Shown one piece after another: positions 1 to 9,329 of a stretch of DNA of 64,000 bases. The position numbers were made by a program, and so were the translations under genes. How positions within the stretch are numbered: the first letter of the stretch is position 1; each line of letters begins with the position of its first letter. A model generated the notes under the pieces. That model made no database searches and was not told the origin of the DNA. It saw only the letters and a program-made list of their open reading frames with translations. This stretch comes from a virus: positions 1 through 64,000 of IMG/VR virus record IMGVR_UViG_3300044729_003129; one strand, 5' to 3'.

Positions 1-35
1 CCAAACTTTACCAACGTTTGCGTATGACATAACTT

Positions 36-275
36 TTATTTATTAGAATTTCCTATAATTATTGCTCTGCGATAGCTATAGTTGCTATGAAATTTTTGAC
101 CACGCCCAATGAGTGTTCCTTCAGCAAAGGTGTATTGTTTTCCTTCGATGAGGGTAACTGTCACCGGATCATAGAGCGCCGAGACGTTCAAGCTTTCGTT
201 TTTTTCTCGTTGCGAGTCGTTCAATCCGCAACTTTGCAGCAGGATCACCAGTGGCAGCAAGTTTATCAATTTCAT
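36..275 (-). CDS. lipoprotein, putative o-spanin (Rz1-like)
   Basis: Signal peptide with lipobox LLQS-C; overlaps the upstream TM/coiled-coil gene in another frame. Confidence 0.55.
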   Translation of the reverse strand: MKLINLLPLVILLQSCGLNDSQREKNESLNVSALYDPVTVTLIEGKQYTFAEGTLIGRGQKFHSNYSYRRAIIIGNSNK

Positions 276-369
276 CTTCGATTTGATCTATTTCAGACTC
301 TCGTTGCCATGCCACCCATGATGCATAGGCATTGCATGCAGCGGCAATGGCAATGAGCAGTGTGTTCAT
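169..369 (-). CDS. putative i-spanin (Rz-like)
   Basis: N-terminal hydrophobic helix then charged coiled coil; lies between holin-like gene and nested lipoprotein. Confidence 0.5.
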   Translation of the reverse strand: MNTLLIAIAAACNAYASWVAWQRESEIDQIEDEIDKLAATGDPAAKLRIERLATRKKRKLERLGAL

Positions 370-558
370 TTATTCACCTTTATCTTTAGCCTTGCCAAAG
401 TTTAATGCAAGAAAGTCAATGACTGCATAGAGCTTTGCAATGGCTGTTCCAGGAGCAGGCGTTGGAGTTGCTGCAGCGATTGCACTAGCAAGAGCAATAA
501 CTGCGGTTGCGATTCCAAACCAGCTTTGTGTCTGTACGAAGTTTATGAGTAGTTCCAT
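370..558 (-). CDS. putative holin / small membrane protein
   Basis: 62 aa, TM helix, TPTP...LALNFGKAK motif, basic C-terminus; TATAAATA late promoter upstream. Confidence 0.55.
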   Translation of the reverse strand: MELLINFVQTQSWFGIATAVIALASAIAAATPTPAPGTAIAKLYAVIDFLALNFGKAKDKGE

Positions 559-607
559 ATGCTTTAGTATTTGTTATTAGGCATAATATAGAGTCATTCA
601 CTAATTG

Positions 608-615
608 TATTTATA
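608..615 (-). promoter_or_regulatory. T4-type late promoter TATAAATA
   Basis: Exact consensus upstream of the lysis cassette. Confidence 0.7.
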
Positions 616-675
616 CAAAAAGGCATATCAAAAAATGATATGCCTCTCTGATTTTATGTATTCTTAAACAGGTGT

Positions 676-876
676 TTAAAGCCCGTTTAGTTTATCATAT
701 TCGCTTTTTAGATATTTTTTTACTGTATATTTTAGATGCAACCCTGAATTTTTCAGAGTCTTTTGTTTTATATATTCCTTTATTGCTGCGTTGTCACTTT
801 GAAAAAAGCATGCGCTTGACCCATCAGACCACTTCATAATCATTACGATAGTGTCTTCTGGAGTCCCCTCTTTCAT
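676..876 (-). CDS. hypothetical protein
   Basis: ATGA overlap with upstream gene. Confidence 0.6.
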   Translation of the reverse strand: MKEGTPEDTIVMIMKWSDGSSACFFQSDNAAIKEYIKQKTLKNSGLHLKYTVKKYLKSEYDKLNGL

Positions 877-1127
877 GCCCCATTGTATATTTTAGAGATG
901 ATGCCCTCAAAAGCTTTTACCTTGTCTAACCGATTTGGCCAGTAAATATAATCCTTTTCTGGGTTTTTCTTTAGATTTGAGACAAGAGGCAAGATAGATT
1001 TATAGAGTGAATCAAGACGAGTCTGAAGTTCAATCACTTCATCTTCCTTTGCATTTGCTGCACGAACTACCTCTAGTTCATCTTCTGCAACGGCAGTAAA
1101 CCCAAAATCAAATACTTCGTCTGACAT
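873..1127 (-). CDS. conserved T4-like phage hypothetical protein (FDFGFTAV...YIYWPNR)
   Basis: Start moved to MSDEV, just after the upstream stop. Confidence 0.75.
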   Translation of the reverse strand: MSDEVFDFGFTAVAEDELEVVRAANAKEDEVIELQTRLDSLYKSILPLVSNLKKNPEKDYIYWPNRLDKVKAFEGIISKIYNGA

Positions 1128-1128
1128 A

Positions 1129-1458
1129 TCAAACCTTGGTTTGCGGTTTCTTACGAATTGCTGTCTTTTTATTTGCTCCCTTGACCGGTTGTTTTTTTGT
1201 CGCTGCTTTTTTAGCAGCATCTGCAGCAGCTTGCTTTATAGTTGGCTGTTTTTTTGCAGGATTTTTATATACAGCTTTCTTTTTTGGTGCAGTCTGTTTT
1301 TTTACAACGGGCACTTCTACTGGTGTTGGCATTTTAAGCGGCTTCAGTTTACGCATCGCAATATACTCAGAGAAGAGTCGGCATGCAACGTAAAACAGGC
1401 TGCAAATCGCGCCAAGACTAAGGGTATATGCTAATATTGTAGTTATTGTTGTCATCAT
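1129..1458 (-). CDS. membrane-anchored Lys/Ala-rich protein
   Basis: N-terminal TM segment, basic low-complexity tail. Confidence 0.65.
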   Translation of the reverse strand: MMTTITTILAYTLSLGAICSLFYVACRLFSEYIAMRKLKPLKMPTPVEVPVVKKQTAPKKKAVYKNPAKKQPTIKQAAADAAKKAATKKQPVKGANKKTAIRKKPQTKV

Positions 1459-1512
1459 ATATTTTGTATTTATCGTGGTTCTATAGTCATTTATAGATTT
1501 TTTATAGTAATT

Positions 1513-1749
1513 TTACGTTAGTTGTCCTCCAACCCATTCTTTGCTCCATACTGATATAGAGTCGGGTGTATAACAACCCTCTGGGATTGATGATGCCGCT
1601 TTGTTGTATTTTCCTGCTAACACATCACACAGGTGATTCCATTCTTCTGCATCAAAAACCATCTCTTTGCCTTCTTTATAGATACAAATTTTTTCTGGCT
1701 TATAAGAGCCGTCCCATTCTCTTAAAAGATTTGCTAGTACACTAATCAT
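1513..1749 (-). CDS. hypothetical protein
   Basis: Fits minus-strand gene packing. Confidence 0.6.
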   Translation of the reverse strand: MISVLANLLREWDGSYKPEKICIYKEGKEMVFDAEEWNHLCDVLAGKYNKAASSIPEGCYTPDSISVWSKEWVGGQLT

Positions 1750-1760
1750 ATTTGAGTTTC

Positions 1761-1970
1761 TTATTTCTTAATCTCTAGGATTTCCACCTTCACAATCTTT
1801 CGTGAAACCTCGTTGTGGAATATATAATCAGATCCCACATAATAGCTATCTACAATCTCTTGGATTGATCTATCTATCAGCATTACTAAAAGAACATTAA
1901 AGCCAGTAGTGACGCGGTCACCGCCTTCAATTGTGATATTCAATGTAGTTGTGATGTATTCGTTGGTCAT
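1761..1970 (-). CDS. hypothetical protein
   Basis: Preceded by GGAACTCTGATACAAT motif. Confidence 0.6.
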   Translation of the reverse strand: MTNEYITTTLNITIEGGDRVTTGFNVLLVMLIDRSIQEIVDSYYVGSDYIFHNEVSRKIVKVEILEIKK

Positions 1971-2287
1971 ACCTTATTGTATCAGAGTTCCTTCCGTATT
2001 TCCTTCTTACCATCTTTACGTACACGCTTATTTTGCACACGGCTCCAGTACTTGCGTAGATGCTTCCACCATTGAACGGTCTTGACACCGCCTTTACTCT
2101 TTGCTGAACTGCTCATACTATCGGAGTTCCTTACGAACCATTTTCATCTGCTCATCATAAGCACCTGCGCGTCTCTCTTCCAGGACCTTATCAACAATAT
2201 CACAACATTTTTCGAAGAGCTTGAAGCTCTCTTCAAACAGCTTTTGTTTGTCTTCTTTCATAGATTTATCGAGTGTAATGGTTAGAT

Positions 2288-2590
2288 TTATTTAAGAACT
2301 GCATCGATTTTAGACAACATGCTCGCCGGAACTTTCCATCGACCGCCACTAGTTTGAACCGTGACAAACTTAACGGCAATCTTGACAACATATCCAGTGG
2401 TCACACCTCCACTTCGTGGGCTTGTAAATTGAACATTGTCGCCTAGATGAAGAGAAGCTTTGGTCTTTTGAGCAAGGCGAGTGCGGGCAAAGGTGATGGC
2501 TTGGATTATGCTATTGAGATCATCATTTGCAAAGCCTCCAGAGATGATGGCTGTATTGATGTCTTGTATGCTGAGTGATGCTGTTTTCAT
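2288..2590 (-). CDS. hypothetical early protein, SH3-like C-terminal half
   Basis: LHLGDNVQF...G.V.KI...WKVPASML pattern. Confidence 0.7.
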   Translation of the reverse strand: MKTASLSIQDINTAIISGGFANDDLNSIIQAITFARTRLAQKTKASLHLGDNVQFTSPRSGGVTTGYVVKIAVKFVTVQTSGGRWKVPASMLSKIDAVLK

Positions 2591-2622
2591 ATGTGGTGTT
2601 TGTTGCTTACGTGGTTAGTTTC

Positions 2623-2877
2623 TTAGGCGATCGAGTCGTTCAACTCTTTGATGAGTTGAGCACGAGTGGTGATTTCGTCTTCGCGAGGGTCAAGTCCGAA
2701 GCAGTTGCCAAATTTGTCTTCAGCGATGAGGCTGATTTTGTTGACTTTGGTGACTGTCATCGCCTTGCGCTTGCATTCAGAGGTACGTCCATCAAAGATA
2801 GAATATTGGAGGATGATTTCGTCTCCTACTTTGTAGGTTGCTTCTTGTTGTGGTGATGATGTTTTAATCAGTTTCAT
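2623..2877 (-). CDS. hypothetical early protein
   Basis: Start MKLIK immediately after promoter repeat. Confidence 0.65.
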   Translation of the reverse strand: MKLIKTSSPQQEATYKVGDEIILQYSIFDGRTSECKRKAMTVTKVNKISLIAEDKFGNCFGLDPREDEITTRAQLIKELNDSIA

Positions 2878-2895
2878 TTGGTGGTGTGGTTTGTT

Positions 2896-2991
2896 GCTTA
2901 CATGGTTATTATAGTATAAACCGCGGCAAAAGTACACAACTTTTTTCAAAAAAGTGAAAAAAGCCCCCGGACGGTGTCCCCGTATAGAGAA
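2896..2991 (-). promoter_or_regulatory. repeated early promoter element, copy 1
   Basis: TTCTCTATACGGGG...CACTTTTTTGAAAAAAGTTGTGTAC(-35)...TATAAT(-10)...GTAAGC. Confidence 0.8.
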
Positions 2992-3092
2992 ACTGGCCTT
3001 GGGAGGGTCATCTAGGACCTCAAAAGGTCGTCCTGGAAGGGTCTCAAATGCTATTTTTTGAAACCACACACGCGAAATACGCAGTTTGAGTT

Positions 3093-3710
3093 TTACTCAT
3101 AGACATATTTTGCATATTTGTTTTGCCAATCAATCATTCTGTCAATCCCATTAATTTCATCAACTTCATCCATTGCGTACCATGCTTCGCGCAGCGCTTC
3201 TACTAGCACATCGCATTGCATCATCATAGCATTTGCCTCAAGTCGATAACGTTCAGCGGTTTCTTTTGCTTCATCACGTTCGCGCGCTGCTTCAGCTCTT
3301 TCTGCCTTGGCTTGTATCCATGCGCCTTGAGTAATTTTCAAATTTTCTTTTGTTTCGGCAAGTTCGTGTTGGAGACGTTTGTTGCATCCATCTAAACGTC
3401 GATTATTAGATCTCTTGACAAGAAGTCGTTGAAAAGCTTCGTTGCGTTCCTCTAAAAGCAATTTCATATTGGGATGAGACAGATCAAGAATAGATTGCTG
3501 TAATTTTTCAAGTTGTGATGACACTTCATCGTGACTTTTTATCGCCTCGGCAAGTGAACGAGTTTGCAACGCATATGCACTCGACAACAACATAAATTTG
3601 CGTTCTAACTCACTAGCATGGTCTGTCATTTCTTCCCATGCTTCATGATATGGAGTGTCTGAAATGACTTGAGCATCCCATAATTTATCTGTTTCTGGTG
3701 TATTATTCAT
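3093..3710 (-). CDS. coiled-coil hypothetical protein (TPETD N-terminus)
   Basis: Heptad ERDEA-type repeats; similar to 4581..4925. Confidence 0.7.
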   Translation of the reverse strand: MNNTPETDKLWDAQVISDTPYHEAWEEMTDHASELERKFMLLSSAYALQTRSLAEAIKSHDEVSSQLEKLQQSILDLSHPNMKLLLEERNEAFQRLLVKRSNNRRLDGCNKRLQHELAETKENLKITQGAWIQAKAERAEAARERDEAKETAERYRLEANAMMMQCDVLVEALREAWYAMDEVDEINGIDRMIDWQNKYAKYVYE

Positions 3711-3713
3711 AAT

Positions 3714-3983
3714 TTACGGATGGTATGAATCTAGGTCTGGCTTTGGCCAGACAACCTCTGGACCCTTTCTACGAATCTTTAGAATCTCTTCAATCTCTTG
3801 ATAAACTTCAAGAGCCGCTTCAAAGCTATCCCAACTTAATCCTCTGCCATAAAACACATAATCAATATCAACTGGATCTATATCTTGCCATCCAAACAAC
3901 CGTTTTCTCTGAATATAATAATATTCTTTGGCAAGACGAGTATTTCTATTGCGAGATTCTTTTATGATTCTAAATTTTGGCAT
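3714..3983 (-). CDS. small paralog family protein (FRII...YYIQ.K..W)
   Basis: Aligns by eye with 4006..4230 and 5108..5308. Confidence 0.7.
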   Translation of the reverse strand: MPKFRIIKESRNRNTRLAKEYYYIQRKRLFGWQDIDPVDIDYVFYGRGLSWDSFEAALEVYQEIEEILKIRRKGPEVVWPKPDLDSYHP

Positions 3984-4005
3984 ATATTTATTTTAAATGT
4001 GTCAC

Positions 4006-4230
4006 TTATTCCCATAGGATCTTTTCAGTAAACTCAAATGTCTTTACGACGCGTTTACTTCTTGGATGTAGTTTGTTAATTATCTTCTCTGCGTCTTCGA
4101 TACTCCAAAATACACCATATCCTCTGATTGTAAGCCAAACCCACAAAAACTTCGATTGAATCATGTAGTATTTGTCGCCTATGAGAGGGTTCTTCTCTTC
4201 TATGATTCTGTAGTGTGATGTAAATTTCAT
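4006..4230 (-). CDS. small paralog family protein
   Basis: YRIIEE...YYMIQSKFLWVW. Confidence 0.7.
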   Translation of the reverse strand: MKFTSHYRIIEEKNPLIGDKYYMIQSKFLWVWLTIRGYGVFWSIEDAEKIINKLHPRSKRVVKTFEFTEKILWE

Positions 4231-4232
4231 GT

Positions 4233-4412
4233 TTAGATTGCGTCAAGTTCGTATTGTTCAATATCAAAGCTATCGAATGTCAGCAGATCAGCTCGTGTTT
4301 TTGATGCTTCGATGTATTCAGCCTTTGCGTCTTCTGCTTTCTCTTTTGATGAGAAGCATCCAATGACATAGACATGAATGCCTAATTTACCTAGCAGTGT
4401 GTGAATGTCCAT
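4233..4412 (-). CDS. 59-aa hypothetical protein (not in ORF track)
   Basis: MDIHTLLGK...GCFSSKEKAE; AAGGAG RBS; resembles 22478..22690. Confidence 0.6.
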   Translation of the reverse strand: MDIHTLLGKLGIHVYVIGCFSSKEKAEDAKAEYIEASKTRADLLTFDSFDIEQYELDAI

Positions 4413-4580
4413 TGCTCCTTACTCTATCAGAGTTCCTTCGATCCATAAAGATGTTCATCAAATCGCTCAATGAGCTCATCGATTTTTTCTTCTAGCTTTT
4501 GCAATCTAAACTCTACACTGTTATTTTCAAATGTGTTTATGTTAAACAAACATCCTTTAATGTGTTTAAGTTCTTCTTCC

Positions 4581-4925
4581 TCATTCATGTTGCTCTCCAG
4601 TCACTATATTTAATTGTTCTTTGGTATATCTTGGAATCGTGCGGCATGAACTATCCTTAAGCATCAGACTTATTGCGTCCTGAGCTTCTTTGAGTTCCTC
4701 TGCTAGTTTGTCGCGTTGCTCGATAGCTTTGGAAAGAATATCACCTTGTTCATTCAATGCCGATTGAAAAAACTCTCGCTCGTACTGGAGCTTGTCGCGT
4801 TGTTCGATGGCTGTGGTGAGCTCGCTTTCCATCTCTTCGTATTTGTGAGCAGGAACCCATCCGCCGGGCATGTGCGGCGAGCATTGAAATGTTCGGATCG
4901 CATCCGTTCTTGGTGTATCACTCAT
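4581..4925 (-). CDS. coiled-coil hypothetical protein (TPRTD N-terminus)
   Basis: Internal AIEQRDKL repeat. Confidence 0.7.
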   Translation of the reverse strand: MSDTPRTDAIRTFQCSPHMPGGWVPAHKYEEMESELTTAIEQRDKLQYEREFFQSALNEQGDILSKAIEQRDKLAEELKEAQDAISLMLKDSSCRTIPRYTKEQLNIVTGEQHE

Positions 4926-5115
4926 GATTTATTTTATTGACTGCACATTGCAGTATAGTTGTAACGGTTACATGTTGTTTAAGCTGTGGCTTTGTTCCCA
5001 TTTTTAGTTTTTCAACGTAAAAATCTAAAGCGATGTCCTGATCAAAAAAGATTGCATTTTTAAACACTTTATCTTTGTTTAGCCAAAGCACTTCGTATTT
5101 TATATCTTCACTCAT
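4918..5115 (-). CDS. hypothetical protein
   Basis: Overlap-coupled; resembles 22265..22453. Confidence 0.65.
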   Translation of the reverse strand: MSEDIKYEVLWLNKDKVFKNAIFFDQDIALDFYVEKLKMGTKPQLKQHVTVTTILQCAVNKINHE

Positions 5116-5308
5116 AAGAAAATGTTTTTACTACTCTGTTTGGATTTTTCATCAGTTTCATAACCATATCTTCTGCGGCTTCTGCTGTTGCCCAAATTCC
5201 ATAACTAAAATCTGTGATCCAAAACCAAAGAAACTTCTCTTGAATTGCATAGTATATTCTAGCAGTTGGAACGTCTATACGTTCTACGATTCTAAATAGT
5301 TCTTTCAT
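5108..5308 (-). CDS. small paralog family protein
   Basis: FRIVER...YYAIQEKFLWFW. Confidence 0.7.
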   Translation of the reverse strand: MKELFRIVERIDVPTARIYYAIQEKFLWFWITDFSYGIWATAEAAEDMVMKLMKNPNRVVKTFSYE

Positions 5309-5312
5309 AAGT

Positions 5313-5561
5313 TTATTCTATTACGGTTCCTGCACGTGTTCGGTAATGCCGTTGCAGTCCTCGCTTCTTGTATTCTCTTTCGATGGTGTCATCAATATGC
5401 GCACCTCCCTCTGCACCGATTACTTCGGCACCGCATAAACAGCAACGAAACATCGGAATGTTTGCTATGACAGTCTGTCCAAGCAGATGTACGTCATAGG
5501 TTTCAGTGACGGTCACCCGCTGCAGAGTGCCATTGCATTCCCAACATTTTTCATCTTTCAT
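5313..5561 (-). CDS. YgiT/MqsA-type zinc-ribbon protein
   Basis: CWECNG...CCLCGAEV. Confidence 0.6.
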   Translation of the reverse strand: MKDEKCWECNGTLQRVTVTETYDVHLLGQTVIANIPMFRCCLCGAEVIGAEGGAHIDDTIEREYKKRGLQRHYRTRAGTVIE

Positions 5562-5583
5562 CTAATAAAGATCTCCTTCAAAT

Positions 5584-6537
5584 TTATGCCTCCCAACTTG
5601 TAACGAGCATTGCTTCTACACTCGGGATATCAAGTAAGTTTCTTCCGCCCGAGTAAGAAACCGCACTTTGAAGGTCCTGTTCTATCTCGAGCAGTTTTTC
5701 TGCATAGGTCATAGTGTCAAGATCTAGTGCACGCTTAACTCCTTCAACGTTTCGATATTCACCCTTGTTGTATTGAGAAGCACTTCCAAAATAAACTTTT
5801 TGACCGTCAATCATTTCAGCCGGTGAATCAATACATCGACTAAAGAGACCACCAACCATAACCATCTCTGCTCCGGCGTGAATTGCTTTTACAATGTCGG
5901 CATGCTCACGAACTCCACCATCTGCAATTATTGGTGGATCATCGAGTTCTCGCACACGATCAATGAGTGTGATACAACTATACATCGGAAAAGTAAAGCC
6001 AGTTTTGTTTTTTGTGCTGCACACACCACCACCCCCAATACCAACCTTTACAGCATCTGCTCCCCATTCAACAAGCCTGCGATAGCCTTCGGGAGTGCAA
6101 ACATTGCCGGCAATGATTTTTGTATCAAGAGATAGCGAAGAAATATGACTCAGCATCTCTTTCATAAGAATGCTATCACCATGAGCAATGTCGATTGTGA
6201 CATAGTCTAACTTTAAATCTTCTGCTGCAATCTGCTCAAGTAGATATTTGTCGACTTCTTGCACGCCTACACTGATGCTGATTGTTTTCCAACCTTGGGC
6301 AGCGCGAACAAATTCAAGGTTATCGACACCGAAACGATGCATGACATAGAAATAGCCATGCTCGCTCAACCATTTTGCGTGTGATTCGTTTATGACACAT
6401 ACCATATTCGAAGGCACAACTGGCAATTTAAATTGTGATCCTAAAAATACTGTAGAAACTTCAGCTCTTTGACGAGTCTTTAGGCTACTATAGCGAGGCA
6501 GCAAACATATGTCTTTATATTGATATGCAGTTTTCAT
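5584..6537 (-). CDS. guaC: GMP reductase
   Basis: IDIAHG, IAGNV, KVGIGGGGVCST, IADGG, SAVSYSG motifs; 317 aa, no CBS domains. Confidence 0.9.
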   Translation of the reverse strand: MKTAYQYKDICLLPRYSSLKTRQRAEVSTVFLGSQFKLPVVPSNMVCVINESHAKWLSEHGYFYVMHRFGVDNLEFVRAAQGWKTISISVGVQEVDKYLLEQIAAEDLKLDYVTIDIAHGDSILMKEMLSHISSLSLDTKIIAGNVCTPEGYRRLVEWGADAVKVGIGGGGVCSTKNKTGFTFPMYSCITLIDRVRELDDPPIIADGGVREHADIVKAIHAGAEMVMVGGLFSRCIDSPAEMIDGQKVYFGSASQYNKGEYRNVEGVKRALDLDTMTYAEKLLEIEQDLQSAVSYSGGRNLLDIPSVEAMLVTSWEA

Positions 6538-6615
6538 TTGTAGTATTTTTCAAAAATTATAAGTGTGCCAATTGCAAGTGAAGTCATGAGAATACAATAG
6601 AGTACTATGGTCAAA

Positions 6616-6804
6616 TTATTCATAGTCATATCCTATTTTATGAGTCTCGATCCAGCGATAATTTCTTTTATCACCTACACGCTCAATAGTCATATGACCA
6701 TTTTCATATGCTTCACGATGTGTTTTATTAACACCCATCCAAAAACCAGCAATCATACACAAAGCAGTATGAATGACCAATAAAATTACAACGATAATAT
6801 TCAT
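6616..6804 (-). CDS. small membrane protein
   Basis: N-terminal TM helix. Confidence 0.6.
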   Translation of the reverse strand: MNIIVVILLVIHTALCMIAGFWMGVNKTHREAYENGHMTIERVGDKRNYRWIETHKIGYDYE

Positions 6805-6807
6805 AAT

Positions 6808-7101
6808 TTAAGAATTCATCACCTTCAATAAATCTCTTCTGTTTTCAATATAAAATTGTTCATCGGCAATTTTTACTAGCATACCTTTTTCTCCCATATC
6901 ATTGTCATAGATATACCACATAATCCAACTATATGGATCAATAATATCTACTGTATCTTCAAATGCTTTCCAAACTGTATTGTAGATTGGACCATTTGGG
7001 TCTAAACACCCGACTTCGACTGCAGAGTCGATCACGCGCTTCAATGCAATATATGAATCTAAAATTTTATTTAGTTCTTCAATAGTCAGTTGTTTATTCA
7101 T
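6808..7101 (-). CDS. hypothetical protein
   Basis: Start moved to MNKQL (ATGA overlap). Confidence 0.65.
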   Translation of the reverse strand: MNKQLTIEELNKILDSYIALKRVIDSAVEVGCLDPNGPIYNTVWKAFEDTVDIIDPYSWIMWYIYDNDMGEKGMLVKIADEQFYIENRRDLLKVMNS

Positions 7102-7769
7102 CTTATTTCTCCGATTTCTAGTTCGTCTAATATTGTACTCACACATCCATCAAAGTCAACTGAAGAAGAGGTATGAAAATGACCAGCGTAATGGCGAGAC
7201 GCACCACAAAGTTTTAAAAGTATATCATGATCTTTGCGTTCTTGTACACACTCATCCCAAAGAGTAGAGTCACGATCACACCAGCCTAAGATTCCAGACT
7301 TATCACACGGTCCATTCCATGTTGGAGCACTGTGCGTAATGAGTACATCACATCGCTTTATCTTAGAAACATCCAAGACAAACTTTTCATCTGCCCAGTA
7401 TGAAATGCCCTGTGCTCTCATACGTCGATCGACACTGACAGCGCCACCAACAAACAAAAATTCTTTATCATCTAGAGCCATTGATGTATAATCTGGAAGC
7501 AACTTGAAATTACTCATGCTTATCTTTCCATCAAAATATGCTGGGTCATCATGATTGCCGCGAATGCCTAAAAAATCGATGTTTCGACTTTTGAAAAAGG
7601 TGTTGATATATTCAAACTGACGGGCCTGCTGCTTCTCAAGTTTAAACCCGACTCCAAGGTCACCAACGCCAATCAAGACAAAATCACGAATATCGCCAGC
7701 TTTTATCTTAAGAAAAAGCGCATCCCATTTACCATGAATGTCTCCTACTACAAAGATTGGCTTGTTCAT
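7098..7769 (-). CDS. calcineurin-like metallophosphoesterase
   Basis: GDIHG, GDLG, GNHD, THSAP, GHFH motifs. Confidence 0.9.
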   Translation of the reverse strand: MNKPIFVVGDIHGKWDALFLKIKAGDIRDFVLIGVGDLGVGFKLEKQQARQFEYINTFFKSRNIDFLGIRGNHDDPAYFDGKISMSNFKLLPDYTSMALDDKEFLFVGGAVSVDRRMRAQGISYWADEKFVLDVSKIKRCDVLITHSAPTWNGPCDKSGILGWCDRDSTLWDECVQERKDHDILLKLCGASRHYAGHFHTSSSVDFDGCVSTILDELEIGEIR

Positions 7770-7935
7770 AATTATTATTTACTCTACTCTATTAGCTATT
7801 GACGCACTCCAATCCAAAATGAACTGAGCATCTTCTTCACTCAATACCACCTCTCTGCCATCCGTGAGATTAGCAATTGGTGTATTACCATCATACCAAA
7901 ATCCTTGTACTGTAGTAATATCAATCATATTTTTT

Positions 7936-8032
7936 GCTTACATGGCTATTATAGCATAAACCGCGGCAAAAGTACACAACTTTTTTCATAAAAGTGAAAA
8001 AAGGACCCAAAGTTAAGCCCCCGTATAGAGAA
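7936..8032 (-). promoter_or_regulatory. repeated early promoter element, copy 2
   Basis: Near-identical to 2896..2991. Confidence 0.8.
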
Positions 8033-8040
8033 AATAACAT

Positions 8041-8958
8041 TTAGGAGGCAAAAAAGGTGCTCAGAATATGAGCGATCGCATTGTCTTTTGCCTTGAGTTC
8101 GACTTCCCAGGTGACGTCACGATTTGCAGAGACTACATGGGGGAGATGAGTCGCATAGTCAGTATGACTGCGAGTGCTGCCAATACCTTCGCTCCAATGA
8201 AACACTGGTGTGTACTTTCCCCAACTTTGACGAAATCGAGAGATGCTTTGAGACGAGTCACATGACGGGTTGCACGTGTCATGAAGATTGTCATAGACAA
8301 GTGGAAGATGACCAGCAAAATGTGTGTAGAGATTCTCGCAATTCCAGTATGCTTTGTCTTCGTTTTCTAACACAAGTCGATGACGAACGCCACGACTGCA
8401 ACGTGCGAGATTTGCACAAAAGCGAGACACATACTCGTCAATCGTTTCACGCTTAAAGTCAGGGCTCTTGTTGAGATGCAGACACATTGGAGAACTATAG
8501 TTTGCTTTACATCCCATCATATCAAGTACATATGACTGATGGTCAAGTTCGCGAATAGTCTTATCTACAACATCAGGGTTATAACTTGATAGGACATTAA
8601 ACTGATCGGGATGTGAGCTGCATGTGATGTCATGCCGCCGAGCAAATTCACCAGCCTTCGCGAGGTTGCTTGCGATATCATTAAATCCATGTAGGTCGTC
8701 GTAGCGCAACTCGAGCGTATGATCAGTAAGCAACGGAAAAATTGAACTCGACACGCGATAGTGTCGAGCACCTGAGTCGATGCATGCCTGGAGAGTATGC
8801 AAGATGTGCTGTGAATTATGAAGTATACGCTCGGATAGTACTTGCAACCCACGCTCTCGACCAAGAGTTACAAACTGCTTGCGAGTCATCGTCTTTGCTG
8901 AGATCTTTTGGTGTGTCAGTCTTTCGCTTATGCAAACTAGTCCCAGTCGTGGTGTCAT
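8041..8958 (-). CDS. uvsE: UV damage endonuclease UvsE/UVDE
   Basis: RLGLVC, YRVSS, HPDQF, LENED, DNLH, ELKAKD motifs. Confidence 0.9.
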   Translation of the reverse strand: MTPRLGLVCISERLTHQKISAKTMTRKQFVTLGRERGLQVLSERILHNSQHILHTLQACIDSGARHYRVSSSIFPLLTDHTLELRYDDLHGFNDIASNLAKAGEFARRHDITCSSHPDQFNVLSSYNPDVVDKTIRELDHQSYVLDMMGCKANYSSPMCLHLNKSPDFKRETIDEYVSRFCANLARCSRGVRHRLVLENEDKAYWNCENLYTHFAGHLPLVYDNLHDTCNPSCDSSQSISRFRQSWGKYTPVFHWSEGIGSTRSHTDYATHLPHVVSANRDVTWEVELKAKDNAIAHILSTFFAS

Positions 8959-9000
8959 GATGTATTATACCCTAAGAGCGCTCACATGTAAACAAGAAAA

Positions 9001-9327
9001 TGGTGGATGTGTGGAGGATCGAACTCCAGTCCATGACTTCTCGACAATATATTTCTACAATTTATTGATTGATGTTAGGACAATCACAACCTAGATTGTT
9101 GTCGAGCAATCCCGCATAACATTTCGATGCTATGAGTCTATTATATTTTCGATATACAACTATCCGACCCTCCTCTATGCCAACACACTGCATCGGAGTC
9201 GATGCGTTGGTGCGGTTATGCCGCGAGAGCTAGTGTATCTTTTTCGTTTTTCTCTTGCACTTAGAGTCGTGCAGACTGTGCACTGCATATATTGTTTCAA
9301 CAGTCATGTCGAAACCATGTCACACCC
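9001..9327 (-). ncRNA. ssrA: tmRNA
   Basis: 5' GGGTGTGACATGGTTTCGAC; 3' GGACTGGAGTTCGATCCTCCACACATCCACCA; G3:U acceptor pair; tag frame ...EKDTLALAA* at 9216-9245. Confidence 0.92.
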
Positions 9328-9329
9328 AT

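Noticed and set aside
2878-3069. N-terminal extensions reading FFTFLKKVVYF in ORFs 2623..3069, 22919..23278, 29676..29879 and 60925..61182
   Set aside because: Translation of the repeated promoter DNA, not a protein domain; real starts lie downstream.
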